Source: a virus (taxonomy: Duplodnaviria > Caudoviricetes). From it: a stretch of 64,000 bases of DNA. Under the pieces are notes generated by a model. The model was not told the DNA's origin. It saw only the letters and a program-made list of their open reading frames with translations, and did no database searches. A program made the position numbers and the translations under genes. Location of the stretch: positions 22,313 to 86,312 of the IMG/VR virus record IMGVR_UViG_3300014836_000320, one strand, 5' to 3'. Shown piece after piece: positions 13,701 to 21,022 of the stretch (positions are counted from its first letter, which is position 1; the number at the start of each line of letters is the position of its first letter).

Positions 13701-13744
13701 AAAATGGCACAACAACTGCTCAAACCCTGGCCGAAGGCGGCTGA
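4751..13744 (+). CDS. Giant virion structural protein (probable baseplate wedge, gp7-like position)
   Basis: 2997-aa uninterrupted ORF after gp6-like gene; WD-rich ends; C-terminal YINEVKPYHSK. Confidence 0.6.
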   Translation: MQKDPKQFTGQVPENNTYPGQRKEGRVAPLAIDLLPLVFRTDTNKKIFGAALEDMFQPSSIENVNYAVGQPSGNAGISQEFLPRKNSRRQFETGLLVQDSTGTRVLTADDIALSQGFSDQHLNEKQVPVSVLDLPINPDKFVNWSNYYWLEEGMPTLYIVGTSLEDGGVISIVNDIIGKKNYTIPTQTNGRSVELKNGMRVVFQKTYPNRNNIDGNTSEQHVADGSNQLDFQHEMTQQYNKSKISIYVDGVLKTVNTDYAYTLGSIIWREGSIPAAGAVVDIDLPDYWVTEETIPPEQPKMDRRWQVEGVGSPSGIRLLPRSHQTTTTVYSSTIQSLWDQTTIPWDRIEWDGDIPGINKKHYVLQNTGASNRSAFSRVNVWIHRDTILTVCNYLNIKTEELIDDRKRALRPILEFDHRLELFNHGTKFRHWVDAVVDSRFSIIPVNPGSIGPFTLIGQPLTKLLVYTCFNAISSQSNAITARAVLDKLALALDNNDDEALNEFALGFEANDRTLVIETLLNIKTILRNVRQGKLSNVQRRVLWIIEGAWQNKIITFKTNDDNIVVGFEVESANDGDATVVLPGSGFESMMEYQWINGQVVPAQTRLTPVQKPLYNIYTRDQLSMTEWYQVNGVKPTKLNSTIIEFLEEDDPIDTESGYKLSFLASKFKSLDPNTPAANPMYDIQFKHTLQDKIYYLTSAVTDKEIPGPYSFRRLQSVITEQEQSVNEGLSFGYRRAWFRLRSWVINTHSLDKHIVGSVSRIAIDAHAWPTYEWNICYENNMPMVCHSDNLEYAVENLVVAGRGENLKLNTIGVNTIDIFNKNTQTNVMSGSTNGHGQITVFIPADIEAGFYELHFNGETKVNLLIIDPAADPRAPAIKVNGIDDTNYSFIVGRGIDNYATNLTIEFNSISGIAEIKHQGEFTSKSDHATAIPGIELNPLQIVELGTFTPSRLVKGMQRTIKANDIQENLIWTLSPQIPALDGALMADTSAIRSTWLKERVNPTLTEALASRSMTSWRWFRKFISLLDRYNKMYDLDNELPRLTLDRMLEEMNTGINYSVPDAVSGMAFNTNDMNMASYIANGQTSFAINTGSQEFYRGVYGPDHVYVYVNNILQHTGYAIVGQNVVFDVALATDDQVSIYHSGEEFIYAGIPASPAKLGLGGVFKPQLIRETWGNYDRVLIQCHDGSKIVAFQENWFSNGDPRDAVILELERRIYAGCVNRIGDPTRQRLSTYIYGQEASADRALAELQWFFANNIDYKERTDFINDNPWTWNYSGKSWRRLYLDEFGTVQPHSHPWEILGFDEKPVWWDTHYSWTDPVKRANLEMALMGGKISEPGQPVTYDFRVRRLSALGYPVGSLGQLLNPVEWGLPSPSVDQARQPWDIGSYGPAEDVWLRTGAGMWAACIDKASDLKTASEFVETGINPFIKPNINNSPKVLGDTSLAPSNFVQARPTIGIGAVLFETNRELNLLGESPLLEMSLIQPVLQFSVGGFTDSTVRFRMYHTRYQSGNYVPEEDFGLTLDSGVAEHQVRYSAVRVEKDGTGFRVYGFDPEYRYFEILEPIKENPSGGITGSYQNVFSTPTGDYVDYSQWKPNAVKVPYGSLINSKQDLFDFFAGMNELQSQRGLIFDQLNDRGTVNNWKQAAIDALSWIDENWSEEHFCVVEPATAAGGFKFHHAEGQLDQLNSDLLKRGKILFATGKIAQGSDLLTTRDYEENTDLIQSLNDEQVIFADLKIRKYDHVFFFNSKTRFNDLIIDHVTGQRLDYIGIVGRRTRGWDGRYQANGVLPTFTGLLPGFDALINDIVETRRPEKSQFDNFLGRLSKSNVVPVKTTVLSEVIPDAGVEFLFRQGLQSASGTNLAITAFFRNANIDIPGRSQDINVNEQWLFASGEFGRLGNRKIWEIELRKEDLINDRQVIRFLEGRTDVDLRSDNIIDIIGPRDPRWINRDSFDIRFEKVARADIEQQKLATIQKWLPSAGVANIDQTDLKARDLNQLSNGLALDNEKVQHLLSILSFSKFRNYEPEDLVWNDGALYKCVTKVQGGENTAWDPDQWTIYNVEATLLPPNIWVSDYNFKNPFSETTPPGDADVVGWNVLQLVGPTYVEECCPNAIQTGLNESKVTFGSPHRLTTGDVFLMVGANDGNYDKFHTVKDRVDDYNVLIEGRSTSNTPIFNLVVFKLTSMKFGSVESLQAQLNGVEGLKEGMKAFVEPDGSPDGEYIVYKYTNQGSVFSWQRDETYTTVAAAMVNTQTIESVTLLDSANENMLATVEVFDPYKGLTIDEVARFIDYRDGVDPAIYNTDDLGLPDPDAVNVWNNQHLGRIWWDTSRVRYFEYEQGDINYRARNWGQQFDGSEVIVYEWVRSEQLPTTDDEPMARQDTSSGVGVVRYNAIEEIETTGATRIYYYYWKKNVSELPANSSRRYSAIQIQTVLDNPDVAGVTWMSPIDSNALIISNIRQYLTTRNSVILRIEQKDTPEQQHETGILVSEGFTGDVVPEYLFRRLRVSLTGRDNFRKSYPLNTWRENTAYEVGAYVIKQDFPAEVSVYDSYSTLELAINGNYGGRDIPIIQVFDDGREEVKNVLRPKLTGDDLSPIDEKLHRVFYVANRTVNPANDIESLWRVVANVNGDRLVVDLYSENEETAKLQVLTDNPTASIVEVNGLYISSTDFRQDYVDEKIVVSATSAIIRGVLESNEYRAVINASRRVPDPRLHPLRRYGNNYTVIPQTWFKHIRESRRNFVRSANAYLLKINAVGKDHWNAHLLTYKPLFGPYIKDLTPYWRYVDYLANGYQYNTEQFVISDISEMSVDGIYGVADSRGVIDKSFVKTGNDIALVYQRNGTIQFNDAIWDGSLGDAWDMARWDQYAWDEDNSEVVRSLITALREDLFVEDDLGYFNLFFFDMVKESLRQIPNANWVSKTTYLNISQVSTNDLTPVGVYFDRRDVFVKNYINEVKPYHSKIVDINQSLSSNENITVNIEETLVLSIEENGTTTAQTLAEGG

Positions 13745-13769
13745 TAAAATGGGTTATAATTTAAGCCGC

Positions 13770-13775
13770 TAAATA
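13770..13775 (+). promoter_or_regulatory. Late promoter core TAAATA, 6 nt before ATG
   Basis: gcTAAATAtccactATG(13782). Confidence 0.55.
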
Positions 13776-13781
13776 TCCACT

Positions 13782-14399
13782 ATGAACAGAATTGACTTAC
13801 CAGTTAGCATTGAAGGATTTGTCAAGATTATAGATCTTGACACTCAGCAAGTATTACTCGAAGGACGCAATGCTATCCACAAGGAAAATATGAGTGTGGC
13901 CATCAGCCAAGCATTGACCAACGGAAATGTTGTCAGTGAAATACACTTTGGCAACGGTGCTACAATTACAGCAGTAGATGGGTCAATTTCTTATCGCCCT
14001 GCCAATATTTTTGGTGTGGATGCAGATCTTTACCGCCCAATTTACTATCGTGTTGTTGATCCGCTGGATTTTGACAACGGCGATCCACAAAACAACAACG
14101 TGCGTGTGCAACACATCAGCGGACTTGCTTACTCAGACATAGTGGTTACAACCACGCTTGACTATGCAGACCCTGGTGTTGACGGCACTGGTGGTGGATT
14201 CATCAAGAGTTCATCAACTGCACCGTTGGATCAACAGGCCACCAACGGTGCCATGCGCTTTGACGAAATTGGCCTTAAAAGTCGAGGAACCACAGGGCTT
14301 GATTCTGGTAAACTGTTGACACATTTTAGGTTTCACCCGGTGCAAAAGACTGCTGAACAGAGGATTCAGATTGTCTACACTCTAAGGGTAAGGGCGTAA
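13782..14399 (+). CDS. Virion structural protein (baseplate/tail-associated)
   Basis: 205 aa; position in tail module; FDEIGL..LLTHFRFHPVQKT C-terminus. Confidence 0.55.
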   Translation: MNRIDLPVSIEGFVKIIDLDTQQVLLEGRNAIHKENMSVAISQALTNGNVVSEIHFGNGATITAVDGSISYRPANIFGVDADLYRPIYYRVVDPLDFDNGDPQNNNVRVQHISGLAYSDIVVTTTLDYADPGVDGTGGGFIKSSSTAPLDQQATNGAMRFDEIGLKSRGTTGLDSGKLLTHFRFHPVQKTAEQRIQIVYTLRVRA

Positions 14400-14414
14400 C
14401 CATGGGCCTAAAAC

Positions 14415-14420
14415 TAAATA
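14415..14420 (+). promoter_or_regulatory. Late promoter core TAAATA
   Basis: acTAAATAgc; AAAGGA ribosome site follows, ATG at 14458. Confidence 0.5.
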
Positions 14421-14457
14421 GCGGAATCGAGCAAATTGCTCTAAAAGGACACTAAAA

Positions 14458-15555
14458 ATGGCATATGAAGTTAATAAAACCGATGGTTCAATTTTGCTCA
14501 ACATTCAAGAGGGCGAAGTTGATACCACTTATGGTTTAAACTTACTGGGTAAAAACTACCTAGGCTACGGCGAACTGATCGCTGAAAACTTTGTTCGTTT
14601 GTTGGAAAATTTCTCCAGCACCGACGAACCCTCAAACCCAATTCCAGGACAACTGTGGTTTAGCCTTCCTACCACTGCTGGCCAACCCAAGCAACTTAAA
14701 ATTTTCCACGGCAGCGGTGTATGGAAACCACTGGGACATGTATTTGTAGGCAGTGAGCCCAGCCTTGCTAATCGTAGCAAAGGCGACATGTGGTTTGATA
14801 CTGCCAACCAGTCATTGTTGATTTGGAGCGGTTCACGTTGGATTCACTTGAGCAACCTATGGGGTCCGCCAGGTCAAGAAACAGGCATGATTGTCAATGA
14901 GCCCATCAAGTGTGTCAACGGCAATCTTCATCGTGCCATCAAGTTTAAAGTAAATGGTGTGCTTACAGCAGTATTCAGTTCAGATGCCGCTTATACACCT
15001 GCACCTGCTGGTGAGCAAATTGACGGCTACGACTACACAGAATTCTGTGGTGGTGGCGATGCTGAAGGCGACGAAGGCGACTACAACGACACAGGCAAAA
15101 TTGGCAAAGGTGTTAACCTTAATTCCAGCAGTGACTTTAAGATCCGCGGCGTGGCCATTGAAGCAGAGTTTGCTGACGTTGCTGAGATCTATGTTGGTGA
15201 TGCCGCCTACGAACCTGGCACACTAGTTGGCCTAGGTGGCGCACAAGAAATTACTTCAACCAAGCGTGATGCTGATACCAGCATCTTTGGTGTAGTGTCA
15301 ACTCGTCCTGCTTACCTGTTGAATGCCAGAAAGAAATATGTAAAGAACGCACTACCAATTGCTGTGGCAGGTCGTATTCCTGTCAAGGTGCAGGGTTCAG
15401 TGCGTAAAGGTGATCGCTTAGTAGCCAGTGCAACACCTGGTGTTGCAAGATCTGCTACGGAAGCAGATCCAATTTGGAGTGTGATTGGCCGTAGCCTACA
15501 AGATTGGGCCGGCGAAGGCATAGGCAAAGTAGAGGCCACAGTAGGGGTTAGATAA
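14458..15555 (+). CDS. Tail fibre/spike-like protein with C-terminal intramolecular-chaperone (peptidase G2-like) domain
   Basis: PGQLWF and GDMWFDT motifs; ADVAEIY..GVVSTRPAYLLN..AVAGRIPVKV..KGDRLV. Confidence 0.65.
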   Translation: MAYEVNKTDGSILLNIQEGEVDTTYGLNLLGKNYLGYGELIAENFVRLLENFSSTDEPSNPIPGQLWFSLPTTAGQPKQLKIFHGSGVWKPLGHVFVGSEPSLANRSKGDMWFDTANQSLLIWSGSRWIHLSNLWGPPGQETGMIVNEPIKCVNGNLHRAIKFKVNGVLTAVFSSDAAYTPAPAGEQIDGYDYTEFCGGGDAEGDEGDYNDTGKIGKGVNLNSSSDFKIRGVAIEAEFADVAEIYVGDAAYEPGTLVGLGGAQEITSTKRDADTSIFGVVSTRPAYLLNARKKYVKNALPIAVAGRIPVKVQGSVRKGDRLVASATPGVARSATEADPIWSVIGRSLQDWAGEGIGKVEATVGVR

Positions 15556-15603
15556 TGCCTGTCCAACAGAGCATTAAAGGTAAAGGTTGGAAGAGCAAAT
15601 CTA

Positions 15604-18600
15604 ATGGATAAAAAGACCTACATTGTTGCACTCAAAGATGGAGTAGACTACAATCAGTTTTGGACTGAAGTAGAAACGCCTACCACAGGATTAGCCACGG
15701 TTCCTGACCGTGTAGTGGAAATTTCCAATGACAAAACAGGCATTCCTAATTTATGCGAATATTTGTTAACTGATGCGGAAGTATTACAGTTAAGAAATGA
15801 TTCAAGAGTAATTTCAGTCGAACTTCCAATAGACAAAAACCCATACATTACTGTTGGGCCTTACAATTTAAATTTTACTAAACCAAATGATAATTCAAGC
15901 AATGATTCTTATGTAAATTGGGGGTTGCCAAGGCATAGCAATATAAACGATGTTTATGATAGCAATGGAAATGCTTCCAGCGGCTACGCATATAACATTG
16001 ACGGCACAGGAGTTGACGTAGTAATATCTGACTCAGGTATACAATGGGATCACCCAGAATTTCAAGATTCAACTGGTGTCAGTAGAGTTAAACGGATAAA
16101 TTGGTATCAGGTGACTGGTGTAGCCAATCAAAATGGCGTTAACAGTTATGTAGACACTGATGGACATGGAACGCATGTAGCAGGAACGGTTGCTGGGAAA
16201 ACGTATGGCTGGGCAAAAAATTCTCACATTTATGCAATCAAAACATATAACACACAGCAAGGTGACAATATCAATTCTGCAGAAGCAATGAGAGCAATAT
16301 TGCTTTGGCATCAAAGAAAAACTAATCCGTCTGATCCAATTTATACTGGTAGACCGACTGTTGTTAATATGAGTTGGGGTGCTAGCCTTCGGTTGATAAC
16401 GGTTGATAACGGAGTAGCGGATCCTACCAATTTAGTATCACTGCTAACATCAACCACTGGCGGAAAATATAGAAATCAAGAGTGGTCAAAGAATGGATTA
16501 GAGACAACATTTACAGACCGTGGAATATTGATTGATGATTTGAACAATCCTATAAACAATCTCTGTTTAAGCAGTATGTTCAATGGATTCCCATTACTAA
16601 ACGATGAAACGGATTCTACATTAAACAGTATGATAAATGCTGGCATAATTGTTTGTATCGCCGGTGGCAATAGCAGTTATAAAGTAGATAACCCGTCATC
16701 TGATGTTACAAAGGATTTTAATAACTATCTAAATACTAATCTTTCAGGACTTTCAAGCACTGGTAAACTTTATTATCACCGTGGAAGTAGTCCTACAAAA
16801 AATTTAAATTATCCTGCTACGCTAGACGCTATTAAAGTAGGCAACATTGATGCTATAAAGTCAGGCTCAGACGATCAAGCCAATCAAAGTTCAATGAAAG
16901 GGCCAGGCATCGATGTTTGGGCAGCCGGCACATTCATAATGAGTGCAGGTAGCAATAATGATACAAAGGCTAGCCCTTATTTTTTAAACAGTTCATATAA
17001 ACAAAAAAATGATACCGGAACATCAATGGCCAGTCCGCAAGTTGCAGGTATGGCTGCATTGTATTTGCAACAGCACCCAACATCAACACCAGCACAAGTT
17101 AAAACGGCGTTATTAGCAAATGCTAAAAATACAATTTTAAATACCGGCACAGATAGCGATTACACCAATGGTAGATCATTACTTGGTAGTGAACCTAACG
17201 TCGCCTATATCAATCCTGTTATTCCTTATTACAGGCTGATACCCAGCACTTCAGATGTCAACGAAGGAAATCAGTTTACAGTTGATTTCACAACTAATCA
17301 AGCAGGCACATTTCCTTACCTGATCACTGGAACTATAAATTCAGCAGATTTAAGCGGTGCGCCAATGTCTGGGTCTTTAGCCAATGGCGATAGATTAACA
17401 TTCACAGTAGCCGCAGACTCTGTCAGCGAAGGCAACGAAACTTTTACAATCAAACTTCGCAACATCGTGCCTGAAGTAAGTGCTACTGTAACTATCACAG
17501 ATACATCAATGGGTCCTCCGCCATATTACTACTTTGAACGTTCTACACCCACAGTTTTTGAAGGTGGCACCTTCACTCTGACATTTAGAACCAATCAGTC
17601 TGGCTACTTCAACTACCAACTAAGCGGAGTGCAAAGCAGTGATCTTGTCAGTGGTGCGTTCCTTGGCAGCGTGGCCAACGGCGACGTATTGACATTCAAT
17701 GTTTCACCAACAGTGGCATTTCCTGGCAGCAGTCAAAGCAAAACATTTAGAATTGATTTGACCAACGGTGCCGCATCATCATCTGTGCAGATTCAAAATA
17801 GTCTACTGCCATTCGGCACACTGATTAGAACGGAATGCCGCGGCTTTGACAAGTATGGCATTTATGCTGATGGTCTAGGTGGTGAATACGATCAAATGAT
17901 CGAAAACAACAGCACCGAATGTGGTTACGTTGGTCCGCCTTCTGTGATATCTATTGTAAATCGTGGTCAAAAAATCCAAGACGAAGTATTCAATGGTGTG
18001 CTATTGTCAACCAATGAATTATTTGGCGACACTCATGCAGGTGAGGGCCCAAGTGCTGTGCCGGCTGTGCAGGACAATATTCGTTGGGGCTGGGGCGGAG
18101 AAAACATGCCATTAGTTGAACGCGGTGAAAAAATTACAGCGACATTGACCAACGAACTTGTGCATAGAATTAACCTAAGCACACTACGCACAGCCAGTTC
18201 CGATCAAGAACTTGTTGTTGTGGCCCGAGGTGAAAAAATCACTGCTGAGTTCCTTAATACTGCATCAACATTGTTGACAGGTGCAAGAGAACTTCGCAAC
18301 GTTGTTGATCCTGCTTTTACAGAGTTGTCAACACTGGGCACATATCCTTCAGATACCGAATGGCAAAATAAACTGGAAATTGTGTTGGAATATGCCTTTG
18401 GAGATTTTGGCACCTATGAAAGTGCTAGACACTTTTTCAATGCTGGTGGAGATCTAAGATTTGCACTGGGATTGGCCAATGGTTACGGCAACGGGTATCA
18501 TACTTGGCGTTGTATTTTCCAAGACATGGGCACCGTTCGTTTTAACATTGAAACTGCCAACAGTTTGAACACTCGCGGTGTCAGTCAAACTGTAGGATTC

Positions 18601-19023
18601 AGCGAACTAACCACAGAAGAACAATTGCTTTATACTAGCCCAAGTGGATCTGGTGGTGGTGGTTATGGCGGATATGGCGGATACGGCGGATATGGCGGAT
18701 ACGGCGGATATGGAGGCTATGGTGGCTATGGTGGCTACGGTGGCTATTGTGGATACGGAGGCTATGGTGGCTATGGTGGCTATGGTGGCTATGGTGGTTA
18801 TGGTGGCTACGCATCAAGCCGAGCCAAACTCTACGGTTACATTGACGGAGAAAAACTAATTCTTCGTTGGCTCTTGGACAACAGCGGCCTAAATATTCCT
18901 GTGCGCGGTGACCTATCATTGATCACATCCATGGTGCATCCAACCACAGTCACAGAAGGTTCAGTGGCTCTATCAATTCCTGAACCATTGGTTAGTATTA
19001 AAACCAACTGGCAAGAAATTTAA
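15604..19023 (+). CDS. Subtilisin-like (S8) serine protease fused to Ig/Calx-beta-like repeats and a C-terminal structural domain with a GGY repeat
   Basis: VDVVISDSG (Asp), HGTHVAG (His), IAGGN (oxyanion Asn), GTSMASP (Ser); N-terminal propeptide-like segment. Confidence 0.85.
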   Translation: MDKKTYIVALKDGVDYNQFWTEVETPTTGLATVPDRVVEISNDKTGIPNLCEYLLTDAEVLQLRNDSRVISVELPIDKNPYITVGPYNLNFTKPNDNSSNDSYVNWGLPRHSNINDVYDSNGNASSGYAYNIDGTGVDVVISDSGIQWDHPEFQDSTGVSRVKRINWYQVTGVANQNGVNSYVDTDGHGTHVAGTVAGKTYGWAKNSHIYAIKTYNTQQGDNINSAEAMRAILLWHQRKTNPSDPIYTGRPTVVNMSWGASLRLITVDNGVADPTNLVSLLTSTTGGKYRNQEWSKNGLETTFTDRGILIDDLNNPINNLCLSSMFNGFPLLNDETDSTLNSMINAGIIVCIAGGNSSYKVDNPSSDVTKDFNNYLNTNLSGLSSTGKLYYHRGSSPTKNLNYPATLDAIKVGNIDAIKSGSDDQANQSSMKGPGIDVWAAGTFIMSAGSNNDTKASPYFLNSSYKQKNDTGTSMASPQVAGMAALYLQQHPTSTPAQVKTALLANAKNTILNTGTDSDYTNGRSLLGSEPNVAYINPVIPYYRLIPSTSDVNEGNQFTVDFTTNQAGTFPYLITGTINSADLSGAPMSGSLANGDRLTFTVAADSVSEGNETFTIKLRNIVPEVSATVTITDTSMGPPPYYYFERSTPTVFEGGTFTLTFRTNQSGYFNYQLSGVQSSDLVSGAFLGSVANGDVLTFNVSPTVAFPGSSQSKTFRIDLTNGAASSSVQIQNSLLPFGTLIRTECRGFDKYGIYADGLGGEYDQMIENNSTECGYVGPPSVISIVNRGQKIQDEVFNGVLLSTNELFGDTHAGEGPSAVPAVQDNIRWGWGGENMPLVERGEKITATLTNELVHRINLSTLRTASSDQELVVVARGEKITAEFLNTASTLLTGARELRNVVDPAFTELSTLGTYPSDTEWQNKLEIVLEYAFGDFGTYESARHFFNAGGDLRFALGLANGYGNGYHTWRCIFQDMGTVRFNIETANSLNTRGVSQTVGFSELTTEEQLLYTSPSGSGGGGYGGYGGYGGYGGYGGYGGYGGYGGYGGYCGYGGYGGYGGYGGYGGYGGYASSRAKLYGYIDGEKLILRWLLDNSGLNIPVRGDLSLITSMVHPTTVTEGSVALSIPEPLVSIKTNWQEI
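18658..18810 (+). repeat. 17 tandem 9-bp units encoding (GGY)n, one unit CGY
   Basis: Units read directly: ggcggatat/ggcggatac/ggtggctat etc.; differences are synonymous apart from one G-to-C change. Confidence 0.95.
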
Positions 19024-19058
19024 CATCATCTAAGGTTTGCAATCCTAGTCCTGCGGGC

Positions 19059-19066
19059 TATAAATA
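19059..19066 (+). promoter_or_regulatory. Consensus T4 late promoter TATAAATA inside an inverted repeat
   Basis: TATAAATA flanked by GCGG/CCGC and AATCCTAG/CTAGGATT. Confidence 0.7.
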
Positions 19067-19094
19067 ACCGCGTATATAATTCTAGGATTTCTAC

Positions 19095-19442
19095 ATGGAT
19101 CAACGACTTAATGATGCCTTGGCGTTTGCTAACTATCGCTTGACGCTACAGATACAGCGCCAAAACATCATGGCCAGGGTTGAAGCGGCCCTGCTTGTAT
19201 CACACCAAAATTCAATTTTTCGTGCGTCACCAGAACTCATTGGGTTTGTTGATGCACACTCCCGCTTGTCCAAAGAACCATTGATTGTCAACGATCAAAG
19301 CGACAATGCCATTATAATTGCAAATCCACAGGAATTCATTGAGCAATTGATCAAGGCCTACGATTCAGCAATGGTTCTAAAAAATCAAGAACAACAGCGA
19401 CTAAAGACAGCCAGAAATCCTGCTAAAATTGTGGGGTTGTAA
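19095..19442 (+). CDS. Hypothetical protein (possible tail-fibre-assembly-like adaptor)
   Basis: 115 aa, first gene of the coupled cluster. Confidence 0.6.
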   Translation: MDQRLNDALAFANYRLTLQIQRQNIMARVEAALLVSHQNSIFRASPELIGFVDAHSRLSKEPLIVNDQSDNAIIIANPQEFIEQLIKAYDSAMVLKNQEQQRLKTARNPAKIVGL

Positions 19443-20321
19443 ATGAGCAGTCGCGGATTCATGATGTTTGCCTACAACAACGAACAGTTGGATTATACCC
19501 AATTGGCCATTGTTGCGGCCTACGCAGTTAAAAAATACATGCCCGGCATGCCAGTGGTTTTGGTCACTAACCAAATGAGCGTGGACCAGTGCCGCGAACG
19601 CCACGGCGAAGAAATCATGCGAGCCGCTTGGGACGACATTGTCATGACCAATCCTGACTATCAGCAGAACATTCGTCTACATCACGACGGTGCCTACAAC
19701 AGTTTCAATGCACAGTTTACCAACACCAACAAGCACGATATCTACAATCTTTCGCCCTTTGACGAAACCATCCTTATTGACACAGATTACTTGTGTGGCA
19801 ATGACAATCTAGCCAAACTGTTTGGTGGACAGCACTCGGTGGCCATGTATCGAGACGCTATAAATCTACGCTGTGAAGAACCCTATACCACAGAACGTTG
19901 GCTACACTATGCAGGTATTCGCATGTGGTGGTCAACTGTGGTCTACTGGCGCAAGAGTGAAGAAGCACAACATTTCTTTAACGTTTGGTCCAGTGTAAAA
20001 CAACACTGGGAATACTATCGTTATCTCTACAAGTTTCCAGGCAGTCTCTATAGAACTGACTATGCGGCTTCAATTGCCGCACATCTCTGTGATGGCTGGC
20101 AAGATGGCGGATTCATTGGCAGAATTCCTTTGCCCATGCGCTATCAAGACCAGCGTGACGATGTGGTCAAAATCCTAGGCCCCAATCATTGGGTCATGCT
20201 CAGTAATTTGCCTGAAGAATGGAAAAACGTTGCAGTGGAAATCCGCGGCGAAGATGTTCACATGATGAACAAGAAAAGCATCTTACGCAACTATGACACT
20301 ATCATGGAGCAGTTGGCATGA
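19443..20321 (+). CDS. Glycosyltransferase-like protein (GT-A fold)
   Basis: SPFDETILIDTDYL (DxD) and WSTVVYW. Confidence 0.6.
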   Translation: MSSRGFMMFAYNNEQLDYTQLAIVAAYAVKKYMPGMPVVLVTNQMSVDQCRERHGEEIMRAAWDDIVMTNPDYQQNIRLHHDGAYNSFNAQFTNTNKHDIYNLSPFDETILIDTDYLCGNDNLAKLFGGQHSVAMYRDAINLRCEEPYTTERWLHYAGIRMWWSTVVYWRKSEEAQHFFNVWSSVKQHWEYYRYLYKFPGSLYRTDYAASIAAHLCDGWQDGGFIGRIPLPMRYQDQRDDVVKILGPNHWVMLSNLPEEWKNVAVEIRGEDVHMMNKKSILRNYDTIMEQLA

Positions 20322-21022
20322 CTGTATATGTTATTGACAATGCCAACAATCCAAGATTATTTGATGTCACGCAAGCAGACATCAAATTCCACAATCCGCA
20401 TCTAGGAGCAGAACGTTTGCCGGCCTACAGTGATCCTGCAGAACAGTTAAAATGTCTGCAGAGTTTGCCACTGGATGCTGGTGATATTATTTGTTTTGCT
20501 GGTATTGCTCTCAGACGACATACTTGGCTCATGAAAGACATTGCTGTAGAACGCAGTTGGAATCTCATGCCGGGTCAGACAGTTGATCATAGACTAGTGC
20601 CCATCGAAGCAGGAAAGACTTTTAAGCGGCGACCACAAGACATGAACAATCATGTAGGATCACCATATGTAATGATCATTGGCAATCCATTGACAGCCGT
20701 AGAGTCTTGGTCAATGATACAGAATTTTGCACCTGAAGATGTTTGGCCACAATACCTACCAGAACAGCCAACCATACATCATTGGCTCAGTGCCACTGCG
20801 GCTTTGTGCCCAGGCTGGTTGACTCCAGATTGGTTTCCAGTTGTTGACACCAGTGTTAGAGATTTAGAAATTGCACCAGTGATGTATGCCAGCAATCATT
20901 GGACAGATTGGATTGCCTTTTATCCAGCCAACGGAAACTTTAAACTGGAAAACCACAGCCAACTTTATCCTGTGTGGTTAGACGAAACAGAAAAACCATT
21001 GGAGTATTGGCACAATGAGTGA
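20318..21022 (+). CDS. Hypothetical protein, possibly a degenerate GT
   Basis: 234 aa, ATGA-coupled to the upstream gene. Confidence 0.5.
   Translation: MTVYVIDNANNPRLFDVTQADIKFHNPHLGAERLPAYSDPAEQLKCLQSLPLDAGDIICFAGIALRRHTWLMKDIAVERSWNLMPGQTVDHRLVPIEAGKTFKRRPQDMNNHVGSPYVMIIGNPLTAVESWSMIQNFAPEDVWPQYLPEQPTIHHWLSATAALCPGWLTPDWFPVVDTSVRDLEIAPVMYASNHWTDWIAFYPANGNFKLENHSQLYPVWLDETEKPLEYWHNE

Noticed and set aside
18635-18919. His-rich antisense ORF and Met/Ala/Val-rich +frame ORF
   Set aside because: Both are shadows of the 9-bp GGY repeat; the synonymous variation preserves GGY, not these frames
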